Positions 9,662-20,553 of a stretch of 48,090 nucleotides of DNA are shown here, piece after piece. Made by a program: the position numbers and the translations under genes. Every line of letters begins with the position of its first letter. The stretch's first letter is position 1. Origin of the DNA: Chromera velia (taxonomy: Eukaryota); contig JAHBMJ010000415.1 in the NCBI GenBank assembly GCA_018398765.1, positions 1 to 48,090 on the forward strand, read 5' to 3'. The notes below the pieces were generated by a model that had not been told where the DNA came from, searched no databases, and worked only from the letters and a program-made list of their open reading frames with translations.

Positions 9662-12328
9662 TTATGTAACAGTCGCTGAAAGTGAAAATGCTTTGCAAGG
9701 CTGCCAGGGCTTTCCAACATATCGGTTTCCTTTGCGACGATTCTCTTCAGACCACATTGGCTGGAGATTTGAGAAATGGAGGCGGGAAAAAACAGTTTCA
9801 GTGTCTGGCTTCTGGCCATCCGGACCAGCAAACATGATGGGCACAATGTGGTCAACATGCCACAGGGTCCCGTAATTCTTCCACGACATTCCTGGGTTGC
9901 CGTGGAAGTTATCCTTCTCGAGGTGGGACTTCAAATCGGAATACGAACAACCCAGGTACTCATGGGAGCGTTTTCGGGGTTTCGGGGGAGGCTGGCCTTT
10001 TCGCATGGCCCGTAGAGATCTGTACACGGTTGAACGCGCAATCAGAGTGAGTCGAAAGACGACATCCTCCCTGTATCGGATCCTTTGTGTATCATTCCTG
10101 CGTTGCCTTTTTTCTGCAAACGCTGGATTGTTCTTCTGACACTCTGCGCATTGACTTCTGCGTTTTTGGTGTTCACATATCTGAGCCCCGTGACAATCCC
10201 GACAATTACTGCGATGACGACCGTGCTCACAGATCCCATTGCCACCGCAGTCGACGCAATGGTACTTTGCACGCCCATGAACACAAATAGATGCCCCACC
10301 ACACTCTGCACACACAGAACGCCTTCGACCGTGGATGCAAATTTGAGATCCCCCACACTCTTTGCATGTCCTTCGAGTGCGACCGTGTTCGCAGATCCCT
10401 TTCCCGCCGCACTCTTTGCAATCGTACTTCTGTCTTCCGTGCGGACAGCGCCCTTTGAGGCGGTGGCATTTGGGATTTGTTGCTGTGGCGATGATTGTCT
10501 CCGAGTTGGTGAATTCTGTTTGTATAAATGCCCCCTTTCCCCTCCCGCTTTTTGCGTCAACAGGTGACGTACCACTCCCGAAAGGAGCAGATTTTCTCTC
10601 AGGCTGCTCGACACAAACAGGGGTGGAAGAGCGGGATAGAAGGGTGGAGAAAGACCTGAACTGTCTTAAAGTTCCAACGGCAACAGAGTTCTTTTCTGCA
10701 CGTAGTCGTGTATCCGTGATGGCTTCTGACTGGTGGGGCACTGCCCCCGCTAGAAGGTGGGGAAAACTCGAACCCCCCCAGGAAAAAACTGAGGAGGGTG
10801 CCGTTTGGGCAGATCTATTTGGAGGGCGTCGAGCCAATGGGAGAGGCGTGCTGCTCTGTTCAACGATACTAAGCGCGTTCTGTGAGGGGAAGAGCAAGGG
10901 CGGCGGTTTGCCCACAAACCTGTTGCCCTTTCGGAGATTCTCCCCTGACCACATCGGCTGGAGATTTGAGAAATGAAATCGTGCGATCTGGGTCTCTGTG
11001 TTTGGTTTTTTGCCGTCAGCACCTCGATACATGATGGGCACAATGTGGTCAACATGCCACAGGATCCCGTAATTCTCCCACGACATTCCTAGGTTGCCGT
11101 GGAAGTTATCCTTCTCAAGGTGGGACTTTAAATCGGAATACGAACAACCCAGGTACTCATGGGAGTGTTTCTTTTCTCCCGGGGACCTGCTTTCACGTAA
11201 ACCACTCAAATATCTCCAGACTGACCGCCTCACGGTCTGTCCCAGTCGATATACGGGGTCCTCTTTGTATTTTAGCTTCTGCCGCAGATGCCTTTCAGCG
11301 AAAGCGGGGTTGTTCTTGTGGCACTCTGCACAGTTGTACCTCATGCGTCCGTGTTCACAGAAGCTTCTACCGCCGCAATCCCTGCACTTAGAGCGCTGAC
11401 GGCCATGTTCACAAATCCCTCCTCCCTTACACTCTCGACACAAACTGCGCTGACGACCGTGGCTGCACACTCCTTTTCCTCCGCATTCTACACATGAATA
11501 TCTCATGCGCCCGTGAATGCAAATCGACTTCCCCCCACAATCCTTGCACTCATGACGCCTCCGGCCGTGCTCACAAATTCCTTTTCCACCACACTCTTTG
11601 CATTGGCTTCGCCGATGCCCGTGCTCACACAGGCCTTTGCCACCGCACTCTTTACATCTACTTGTCTGTCTGCCGTGCGGACAGAGGCGCTTTTTCGGAC
11701 AATCACCATCGTTCAAATTTCTTTCTCTTCGAAGTTGGACATCCGGACTCTTCCCACCGATGCGTGCACGTTCAAGTATTGATAGTGACGCACTGAAGAC
11801 TCTCAAACTCCCGACATTCTCTCTGACATCTGCTGGTCGTCTGCAGAGTGCAGGCATAACAAGCGAAGAACTCCGGAGCAACCTGCGGTGCTCAACAACG
11901 ATCTGAAGAGACTGCCGGTGCATCAGAGTGCGTGTTTCGACCGAAATAAGAGGATACACAAAGAAAGGATAGGAAAACCTTAAACAAGTATCCGACGGCG
12001 GAGAAGACATAGAACAAATCTGCCGCGCTTCATGGCCCGAAGCCCTGATTGCCTCGCCAAGATGATGCGTTACAGCAGCAGTCTTCGAGCTGCTTCGGGA
12101 CAGGTACTCACAAAAGCTGGTTTTGGCTATGGGTCCTTGATACCACCATCGACCTTTCATGAGGGAGGGCTTGCTGGTTTGATCTGAGAGGGGAGTGGTA
12201 AATTTGTCTCGTAAAAGCGACAGTGCAGGGCGACCAGGATGGCCTGGAGTGCAACGAGAGAGCACTGCTGCCCCTCGTCTCATCTTGGGACAGGATTCAA
12301 TCGGCGTACAGCTGGCCAACCGATTCAC
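9662..12328 (-). CDS. Intronless protein with two tandem [18-aa CHCC zinc-finger repeat array + HNH endonuclease] modules
   Basis: 888-codon uninterrupted ORF (GTG at 12328, first ATG at 12283). It has 7 + 6 repeats of CxHGRxRxxCxxCGGxxI, each array followed by YLGCS..L..HLE...GMSW.NYG..WHVDHIVP...HFSNLQPMWS.EN.RKGN (HNH/HNN motif). Confidence 0.9.
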   Translation of the reverse strand: MNRLASCTPIESCPKMRRGAAVLSRCTPGHPGRPALSLLRDKFTTPLSDQTSKPSLMKGRWWYQGPIAKTSFCEYLSRSSSKTAAVTHHLGEAIRASGHEARQICSMSSPPSDTCLRFSYPFFVYPLISVETRTLMHRQSLQIVVEHRRLLRSSSLVMPALCRRPADVRENVGSLRVFSASLSILERARIGGKSPDVQLRRERNLNDGDCPKKRLCPHGRQTSRCKECGGKGLCEHGHRRSQCKECGGKGICEHGRRRHECKDCGGKSICIHGRMRYSCVECGGKGVCSHGRQRSLCRECKGGGICEHGRQRSKCRDCGGRSFCEHGRMRYNCAECHKNNPAFAERHLRQKLKYKEDPVYRLGQTVRRSVWRYLSGLRESRSPGEKKHSHEYLGCSYSDLKSHLEKDNFHGNLGMSWENYGILWHVDHIVPIMYRGADGKKPNTETQIARFHFSNLQPMWSGENLRKGNRFVGKPPPLLFPSQNALSIVEQSSTPLPLARRPPNRSAQTAPSSVFSWGGSSFPHLLAGAVPHQSEAITDTRLRAEKNSVAVGTLRQFRSFSTLLSRSSTPVCVEQPERKSAPFGSGTSPVDAKSGRGKGAFIQTEFTNSETIIATATNPKCHRLKGRCPHGRQKYDCKECGGKGICEHGRTRRTCKECGGSQICIHGRRRSVCAECGGASICVHGRAKYHCVDCGGNGICEHGRHRSNCRDCHGAQICEHQKRRSQCAECQKNNPAFAEKRQRRNDTQRIRYREDVVFRLTLIARSTVYRSLRAMRKGQPPPKPRKRSHEYLGCSYSDLKSHLEKDNFHGNPGMSWKNYGTLWHVDHIVPIMFAGPDGQKPDTETVFSRLHFSNLQPMWSEENRRKGNRYVGKPWQPCKAFSLSATVT
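9707..9967 (-). other. HNH endonuclease domain 2
   Basis: WHVDHIVP ... HFSNLQPMWSEENRRKGN; close paralogue of domain 1 at both protein and DNA level. Confidence 0.85.
10139..10447 (-). repeat. Zinc-finger-like repeat array 2 (6 x 54 nt / 18 aa, last unit partial)
   Basis: CPHGRQKYDCKECGGKGI, CEHGRTRRTCKECGGSQI, CIHGRRRSVCAECGGASI, CVHGRAKYHCVDCGGNGI, CEHGRHRSNCRDCHGAQI, CEHQKRRSQCAEC. Confidence 0.95.
10904..11167 (-). other. HNH endonuclease domain 1
   Basis: WHVDHIVP ... HFSNLQPMWSGENLRKGN. The catalytic D-H, structural N and metal-ligand N of the beta-beta-alpha-Me fold are all present. Confidence 0.85.
11321..11683 (-). repeat. Zinc-finger-like repeat array 1 (7 x 54 nt / 18 aa, last unit partial)
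   Basis: CPHGRQTSRCKECGGKGL, CEHGHRRSQCKECGGKGI, CEHGRRRHECKDCGGKSI, CIHGRMRYSCVECGGKGV, CSHGRQRSLCRECKGGGI, CEHGRQRSKCRDCGGRSF, CEHGRMRYNCAEC. Confidence 0.95.
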
Positions 12329-13323
12329 ACATGATTTACAACATCAAGCTGGCCCGATACATTCACTAGACAAAAAATTTATGGCTTGAACCGAAGATGT
12401 AGAAAAATGAATGCGTGACTTGCATGGAGGAAGCCCACGTGACTGCTGGCCAGCGACTGTACATCTCGACATAGCCAGCTCCGCGTCGTGCTGAATTATT
12501 GTCAGTTCAACAGAATCAATGTCAGAACACTCAGAGTTACAGCTAGACATGTACACATATATACGTGCAGAGAATTCTATAGAAATGCAACAATGCAACA
12601 ACACTGCATGCCTGCATGTGCATGCAACATTCAGTCTCATTCAATGTGTGTACGGGTTCTGCAACACCGCAAATTGGTATGCAAGTTTGTTCGCGCGCAT
12701 CGCGCCGCATTCGCGCGCGAAAGTTAGTGCGAGAATTAAGTTTGTGCGCGTCCTCAGAGGGCAGCTTAAGTAAATTAACCTAAATTAACCAAAGTAAACC
12801 TAAGCCCCCGCGAGAAGTATCGGAAATTCGCATTACAATTCTGGGTGTACCTGATTTTTAAGTATATAGCACTGTGTGAGTGAACAATTGATAAGACAGA
12901 CAGTCATTTGAAAGTACGTAAGCTAGTCTGTCTCTATTACTCTCTTAGACTAGCTGCCTCTAGCTATAAAACGTAAAAAATATTAAAAAATATTTTTAGA
13001 TACAGTGATCAGCATAAATTGGCACATTAAAGTTGTATACAACGTCATACATGCTGTAAGATATCAGAGTGGAAACCTCCTTGAACCTAAATACCACTTG
13101 AAAAGATATAATTAAGATTATTTCTATCTAGAGTTGAGTGATTGACGATCTCTTGCATGAACATGGACTGCTGGGAGCACGGCTCCACTCTAGTGAAGCC
13201 AACTTCATTCATTCATTCATTTATCTGCGGCATCGTTTTTTAAGAGACCGTCCATGCCTGTGGCGTAGCTGGTCAAAAGACCGCCCAGATATGTGGCTTT
13301 GATTTTTAAGATACTGTAAATGA

Positions 13324-13659
13324 TCAGCGCCTACGGTGCACACTTTCAAGCTTATCCAAAAATGCGGCTTGAACTTTCAAGTGGTAGTTACTAGTAGTAG
13401 GTTTAGGAAGGTCAGAGTGGACACGCATTGCAGTGATGATTGCATCATTATTGCACGCTGACGTGTTAAAAAAAAAAAAGATTATATAATGCATACCAAT
13501 ACTGAATACACACCAGGGCAAATTTGCATCAGAGCTCCCCTCGCTCCACCCGCCCGTCTGTCTGTTCGTCCGTCTATCGGTCAATTGATTCATTTAGTCA
13601 TTGATTCCTTCATTCATTCATTCATTCATTCATTCATTCATTGACTCATTCATCGACTC

Positions 13660-13693
<34 letters not shown>

Positions 13694-16600
13694 TCATTTA
13701 TTTTTCCATTCATTCGTGCATTCATTCTTGATTGATTCATGCTCTGACCCATCAGGCCGCTTCGGTATCGGAAAGAGACTCTCGAAATCCGATTGTAGCA
13801 GTTCCCCTAGTCTCTGTTTCTCCTGAGGTGTCGTGCCCTGGTTGTTCTTTGTTGAGGGCAAGGTCGCAAGAACCCGCAGACGCTCGTGGGCTGCCTCGGC
13901 TTCGGCTGCAGCAACAGCTTCGCTTCGCCGTCTCCTCTTTGCTGCGAGCACAGCGGGGGAGTTTGCAGAGGGCAACGGAGCGGGGCTGCATGGCCGGGTC
14001 CCTGGAGGGTTCTCCTGGGGGTCTGCGTACTGAATGACGGACCCCCTGCGTGTCCCTCTTCTTGCCTGCTGACCCTGAGGAGGGCTCCCGCCATCGTCCC
14101 CTTCCAAGAGAGCGGCCTTGACTGCCTGGGCAGAGACGGATATGCGGGGAAGTCTCTCTGAGGCTCCATGCGGGAGGGGAGGAGCCTGAGGGACAGAGGA
14201 CTGCTGAGATGCTCGTCGGACGCGTGTGCTGTCAGCAGAGGAACGTCTTGAGTGTGAGTGGGGGGGGCCTGCAGGGTCTATGTTGGGCAGCTGCACTCCG
14301 GCTTGGCTGCCTCGACGAGCTTGAAGTGCAGGCACAACAATTTCCCCTCTGTTCAACCTGGCTCTTTCATCTGCGTGGCTTAGATCGGATGCGTTTTTGC
14401 GATCTTTCCAGAAGGCCTTCACGCATTGTTGTACGGGGCTTTGGTCCTCTCCCTGCATGAGAGAAAACGCGTCGTCTTGGGGGGCTTGGGAGACTAGTCG
14501 TTTCTTTGAAAAACTTTCGGGTGTTCGTCTGAAGTGGGCCGAAACGCTGTCGATAGAGAAGGCAGTGGAGGCGTTTCCACAGTCCTGCAAAATGAGGAGA
14601 AGCTGGAAGACCTCATCCATTGTTACTGGAGAAGGCTTTCCCTTCGTGCCTGTCGCGCTGTTGCCGTCTCCTTCCACGAAGGAGGGCTGAGAGAATACCG
14701 GAGGGGCGCAGGCTGGAGAGACAGAGAAGCGTCGGAATGGGTTGAGGCTCTCAGCGGCCAGCGAACGCTGGCTTGCTTCTGCAAATCTGATCCTCATCTG
14801 GTGCAGAGACTGGATGCACTTCTCTCGCCTGCACAAACGGAAACAGAGAGCAAAATTTAACCACACACCGGCCATCGTGTGTTGTTCTCATGAAAGGCAT
14901 GCAGGACGGGAAGAGGTGAAATGGTAAAAAGATTCCTGCGGAACGGAAGAGAGTGTAGAGGTGGTTCCCTCTTTTTCACCACGACAACTGACGCGCTGTT
15001 TGCACCCTCCCCAAAACCTGTCTCGACCATTCTTGCTTACGTGCCCAGAGGTTGTCACAAGATTGTCCATCCAATACGCACTCCGCCGAGCTGAGATCAA
15101 AAAAGAAGATCGGGCCAGCTCGAAGCGACAGAAGAGAAGCGAAAGTCACCCTGCATGACAAACTTCGTCAGCCCCCACTCAGCTCACATTCCATTCGATC
15201 GATCTGTGTTGCCATCTCACCTCTTCATTACTTGCCACCACGCCCGCATTTCCGCCCGATGCAGCACACGTCGTTCCCGGGCCCACTCCTGCAACCGACC
15301 AAAGAGAGGCAAAGCCAGTGTTGCAGACAGACGGTTTGTCTCTCACAATCCCTACGGTAGTAAGCTTGTGAGGCGTCAGCATGCATGTGAGCGCTGCATG
15401 TGAGCGCTCACGAAGGCTTTCGTCCACCGAGATATATGCGGCCAGATACAACGAAACGCAAGGAAGCACAGTCCAGGAAAGAGCAGACAGAATGGGAAGG
15501 AGACAAAATCCCACCAATCAACCAAGGCGTGCAGCCTGTGGCACCCAGCCATACAGCCGACAGACAGACCTTACAGAATTCCATTCTCATCTCTTCAGGC
15601 ACAGGGTTGAATTTGGGTTTCCCATCGGGTCCCTGCACTACGGGGGGCTGGAAGGTCTTCAGAAGTTTCATCGAGGGGGCTGCGGCCACGACCCTTCTTC
15701 TCCCTGCAGTGGGTCTCCTGATCTGCTTGGGCGAAGGTGAACTTCTAGGGGAGGCTCTAGGAGACATCAGGGCGTTACTTGGGGGGGACATCACACTGCT
15801 CTTGTGCTGGGGTGTGGATAAAGTATTTTTGGATTCTGTCGGTTCCTCGTTCTCTTTTTCCTTCTCTTTCTCTTCTGCTTGATCGTTCACTTTGAAGATG
15901 CTGGTGACTTTTGTCAGGTCGTCGCCCCACAGAGCCCCTGCGGTCGGTTCTCCAGGCGATGATCCTGCTCTCGGTTTAGCCTTGAATGCTGCAAAGGCTG
16001 CCATCTGGGCTAGAATCGTCTTTTCGGCCTCCAACCTGTAAGACGAGCAGGAAGTGGGCAGACCCAAAGTACAAAAGTCTGACAGACAATTGGAAGAGGG
16101 AAAGACGATGGTCTCAGATAAAAGGCGGACGGGAGATCACGAAGAAAAAAAAAGTCACAACGCAGTAATTGAGTAGCAAAGTTCCACAAAGCATACTGGC
16201 TCGCAATGCCCACGGCGCAAATATGCAACAGGACAAAGGCAAGAACAAAGCAAAAAACGGAAAAGAGCGAAGATTATTTGTCCAAGGATAAGGCACAACG
16301 ACTGCCGGCCGACTTACCACTTTAACTCAATAACCCTCTCCTGAATTCTCAATCTCAAAATACGTCGCCTCCACCAAAGCTGTAGCTTCGCCACACTGTA
16401 GACAAACAGTCAACAGAAAGAGACACACAGTCAGAGAATGAATTAAGATTGGCAACTCAAGAATCTGCCCTGACGGCGCTGTTCCAAATGATTCAACTGT
16501 TCCGTCTCTCTCTCATATGACTAATCTCACTGCGGGACGTTTTGCTAAATTTTCATTTTTTGACTTCTTGCGCTGGGCTCCTGAATAAAAGCCGCCTGGG

Positions 16601-19600
16601 AGCAAACCAAGAAGGATCCTTCCTTCTTTTTTTCTGCCCCTAGCAAGGTAGCCTGACAAGGATCCTTCTTTCTTTCTGCCCCTAGCAAGATAGCCTGACC
16701 TTCTCACAAATCTCTGCATGCAGTTGACGATGGCCACAACGGAGGGCAGAAGGAGAACCTCCCGCATCAGCCCGGCAGCCTTCCTCCTCGCCCTCTGGCG
16801 CCTCACAAGTCTGCCCAGAAACTGCAATATGCAGAAATCAGTGCATTGTCGGACAAACATGCAGACCCTTAGAGCCAGAGGTCGCAGATGGATACATGCA
16901 TACAGCCTGGTGATCATCCATAAGCTTGATAAAGCAGGAGAGATCAACGAGTTCTATTCCGACACTCAGACCATCCGGAGCAGCCACACAATTCTGAAAG
17001 CAACTGATTGGATAAAACACTGGTCCAGTTCAACAGAAAGGTCAGTCAAAAGCATGGGGGGGATTCTGGACGCGGGGGAATAGTTGTATGATTGGATCTG
17101 GTCATGAAGCAGCGGCAGTTGACAGACGGAAAAAGACGAAGGGAATCCGAGAGGGCAGGGAGGCGCGAGATTGCAAGGAGCACCTAGAGAACAGAGAGGA
17201 GAAGCACAGGCTGTTTTCCAAATCATTCGTCGGACACCCACAGATGCATGTACAGACCAAGAGAGCAATTTGGAAGATTTTCAAGCAGCCCTCTTCTGAG
17301 TCGGAGAGCTTGGTGGTGCCTCTCCTTTTCTCGATCATTTTTCTTCGTTGAGATTGTTTGCGCCTCAACTCGCGGGCCCTTCTCAACCTGCAGGGAGGCA
17401 TGCATGGTCACCAGTTTATCGATCGGACAGGAACGAAAGAAGACAACCTTTCTGAAACCTTTTCCTTATTCACATGATGTGCGGCATGAGAGATGGCCTG
17501 GGCCTGCAGAGATTTTCCGAGCGAGGGTGTGCAACTGAAGCTTAAATTTAACGCTAATTGATTCGATTGGATTTGCAGTCGCTTGCAGGGAAGAAAGTGA
17601 AGCCAGCCTAAGTGTGATCCCTCAACTGATTGCCTGTTTTTTCACATTTTCCCATCATGGGATTTTATCAAAAAACCTTTTATGGGGAACAAAAGAGCAT
17701 TGTCAGCGGCTTGTGAAAACACAGTACAGAAGTTTGAGTTCATTTCCCGAAAGTGCAAACAGAGTCAAACAAAAAAAAAGCTTTATTTGGACATGCCCCA
17801 TGCAAATGAATACCCCCACATGAGGGACTGACAGCCAAAACTTTCGGGCGAAAATGGCCGAATTCAACGCGAGACACCAGGCACTGCCCATAATGGCCCT
17901 CGAAAGGGAGACAGGAAGTTTCGCGTCTGCAGCATCAATCACCTCGGCAGGGACGAGCCTGCCTCTGTCTCCTTCCCCGTCTCCCTCTCCTATGTATGTC
18001 TGAGATGTCCTCATTCCCTTTGTCCCTACACCCCCTCGCGTTTCCGAGTCCTCGTTGAATTGCCGTTCCCTTAGACGCTGCTTTCTCCTGAGGGCAAAAC
18101 AGGACTGCGAGTCCTTCAGCTTCACTTTCCGCAAAATTGCCATCCGGGTCCGCAAACTCTGCGCCTCTGCACTCTCTCGAGCCTGCATGCAGACTCACGT
18201 GAAGTCATGCCACGCAACCATACAGACAGCTAGAGGAAATTAGGAAGAGATCGATCGAGAAGCAAAGGTCCAAGTTTGATTGGGTCACGAACAAACCAAA
18301 CTCGTAAGAGAAATCAGAAGCCAATCTCGATCGGTGCAGAAGAACTTGAAAACAGGGAGGGAAAATTAAAATGTCTCAAGGACCAAACACGAGAGCTCCT
18401 GCGGGCACTCCCCGTTTCTTCTTAATTTTATCTGTCAGCAGACAAAGAGAAAGAAAAGAAAGCGGCGCACTCAATGAACCACGAATAAAGTTAGAGAACA
18501 GAAACATCGTACTTTGAAAACAAAAAAACAAGAAATCCATCGACAAGACCAGAAGAGACCTCCTGGCTGTTTGACCGACCCTCCTTAGGCGTTCATTCAC
18601 GTTCCCCAGTTCCTTCTCTGCGGCCTCTCGGATCTCCCGTCTCTTCATTGTGTCTAAAATTGCCCTGGCCGAGAGCTCCTCTTTTCTCTTTACCTCCTCA
18701 TAAAATTGACTGCACGCGTGCGTGAATGCATGAGATTCAGAAACACCAAAAACAAAAGAAAATGAACAGAGGGGGAGAAACTGGAGGAGTGTAAACAAAA
18801 CGAGAGGAATAAAGGACAGAAAAAGAAAGAGAGAAGCCCAAGAAAGAAAGAAAGAAAGAAAGAAAAGAAAGAAAGAAAGAAAGAAAGAAAGAGAGGGACG
18901 GAGAGGGGACTGACGCATCATGATAGAACTTTTTCGGTCTCTGTTCCCGCAGAAGGACCACAATGTTCACCTCCTTCATCAGCATCTGTCTCCGAAGGGA
19001 TTCGGGTTCTCTGCATACATACATACATACATACATCACAAACATATAGACAGACAGACGGACAGATAGACAGACAGACAGACAGACTATATGTTTCTTC
19101 TTCTTCTCCCTCCTTTTCTTCATGAACACAACAGACAACACAGACAGACAGACAGACAGACAGGCAGGCAGGCAGGCAGACAGACAGACAGGCAGGCAGG
19201 CAGAGAAGCAGACAGACAGACAGACAGACAGACAGGCATACAGGCAGACAGACAGACAGACAGACAGACAGAGAGACAGACATACATACAGACAGACAGA
19301 CAGACAGACAGACAGGCATACAGGCAGACAGACTATATCGTCTTTTCTTCACTTCACTTTTTCCGAATTGCTTCCTTTCTTTCGGACAGGCAGACAGACA
19401 GACAGACAGACAGACACAGACAGACAGACAGACAGACAGACAGCCAGACACAGACAGACACAGACAGACACAGACAGACACAGACAGACACAGACAGACA
19501 CAGACAGACACAGACAGACAGACAGACAGATAGACAGACAGACACAGACAGACAGACGTTCCAAGACAAAAAAGGAAATGGAATTTCACGGAGGTAGGCT

Positions 19601-20515
19601 GGGTGAAAACGTGATTGCTTGATTGATTGATTGCCCACAGGATGGATGGAAGGACTCATGAATGCAAAGGGGGAAGAAAGAGGGCCCTTCGCTGTTTTTC
19701 TCCTTCGTGCGTCAGTTCCCTTTTGTGGCACATGTGAAGCTTCAGGGCAGATCGCCGACTGACGAGCCCTTTCGGCTGATCTAAGACAACCGTTATCTGG
19801 TTGCACCACATTCTCCTTCTCTCCCTTTCTGACTGACTGACAGGCAGACAGACAGACAGACTGACGAGAAGTCGACTTCCTCGAAGAGTTTCTGTTTGAC
19901 TGCCAATTTCATGTGGGCCTTTCTGATCAGAGAAGTGCCTGTGAGGAAGAAGGAACTGGCCGCAGGAAGGGAAGCGTCGGCAGGGGAAGGGGACGTGGCG
20001 TTCTGCAGGGAAGAGAGAAGAGAGAGAAAAGTGATGCTCAGACGGAGAGCTAGAGACGAGCACAGATGCGGAAGACGGAGGAAGGACTCAGGGGAAACAA
20101 AAGACTACAAACTAGCAGCATCTACCTTCCAAGGAGGCCTCTCAGGTAGAAGCCGTCAGACGGAGAGAAGGATTACGACGTGACTCAACGGAGGAGAGCT
20201 GCTGGTCTCAGCGTGGTCGGCACAGAGAAGGAAGGAACAACCGATCGAACGGAACGATCGAGAAGAGAAAAAGATCAGGGAACGTTTTCTTTAAACTTTC
20301 CGACGAAAGAAAGAATAAAAAAAAAGTATTGAAGCTTCAACTCAAGAGAGCCTACCCCCAGGTCTCCGGAAGTCTTTTGTGCTTTGGTGATGTTGGGAAG
20401 TTCTATCCCTGTCTTCTGCTTCTGTATGCTCTGTGCATCCTCGAACTTCTCACCCTCTTCTCCCGCCGCTCCGATCATTTCGCCTGTCTCGTCGTCTAGT
20501 GCTGCGGCATTGCGT

Positions 20516-20553
<38 letters not shown>

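Noticed and set aside
10139..11683. Regular 54-nt periodicity as a CRISPR-like array
   Set aside because: It is in-frame protein repeat coding with synonymous variation; no invariant repeat and unique spacer structure
9662..12328. Classical C2H2/KRAB-type zinc-finger protein or Fanzor/TnpB nuclease
   Set aside because: Ligand spacing is CxH-x6-CxxC rather than C2H2, and the nuclease is HNH with no RuvC motifs
8580..13200. Transposon ends or TSD enclosing the nuclease gene (taaaaaa.attaaaaaatat near 9575 and 12975)
   Set aside because: Similarity is only low-complexity A/T; no convincing TIR, LTR or TSD found by eye
18918..19622. ORFs made of VCLS / QTDR repeats
   Set aside because: Translations of (CAGA)n microsatellite introns, not proteins
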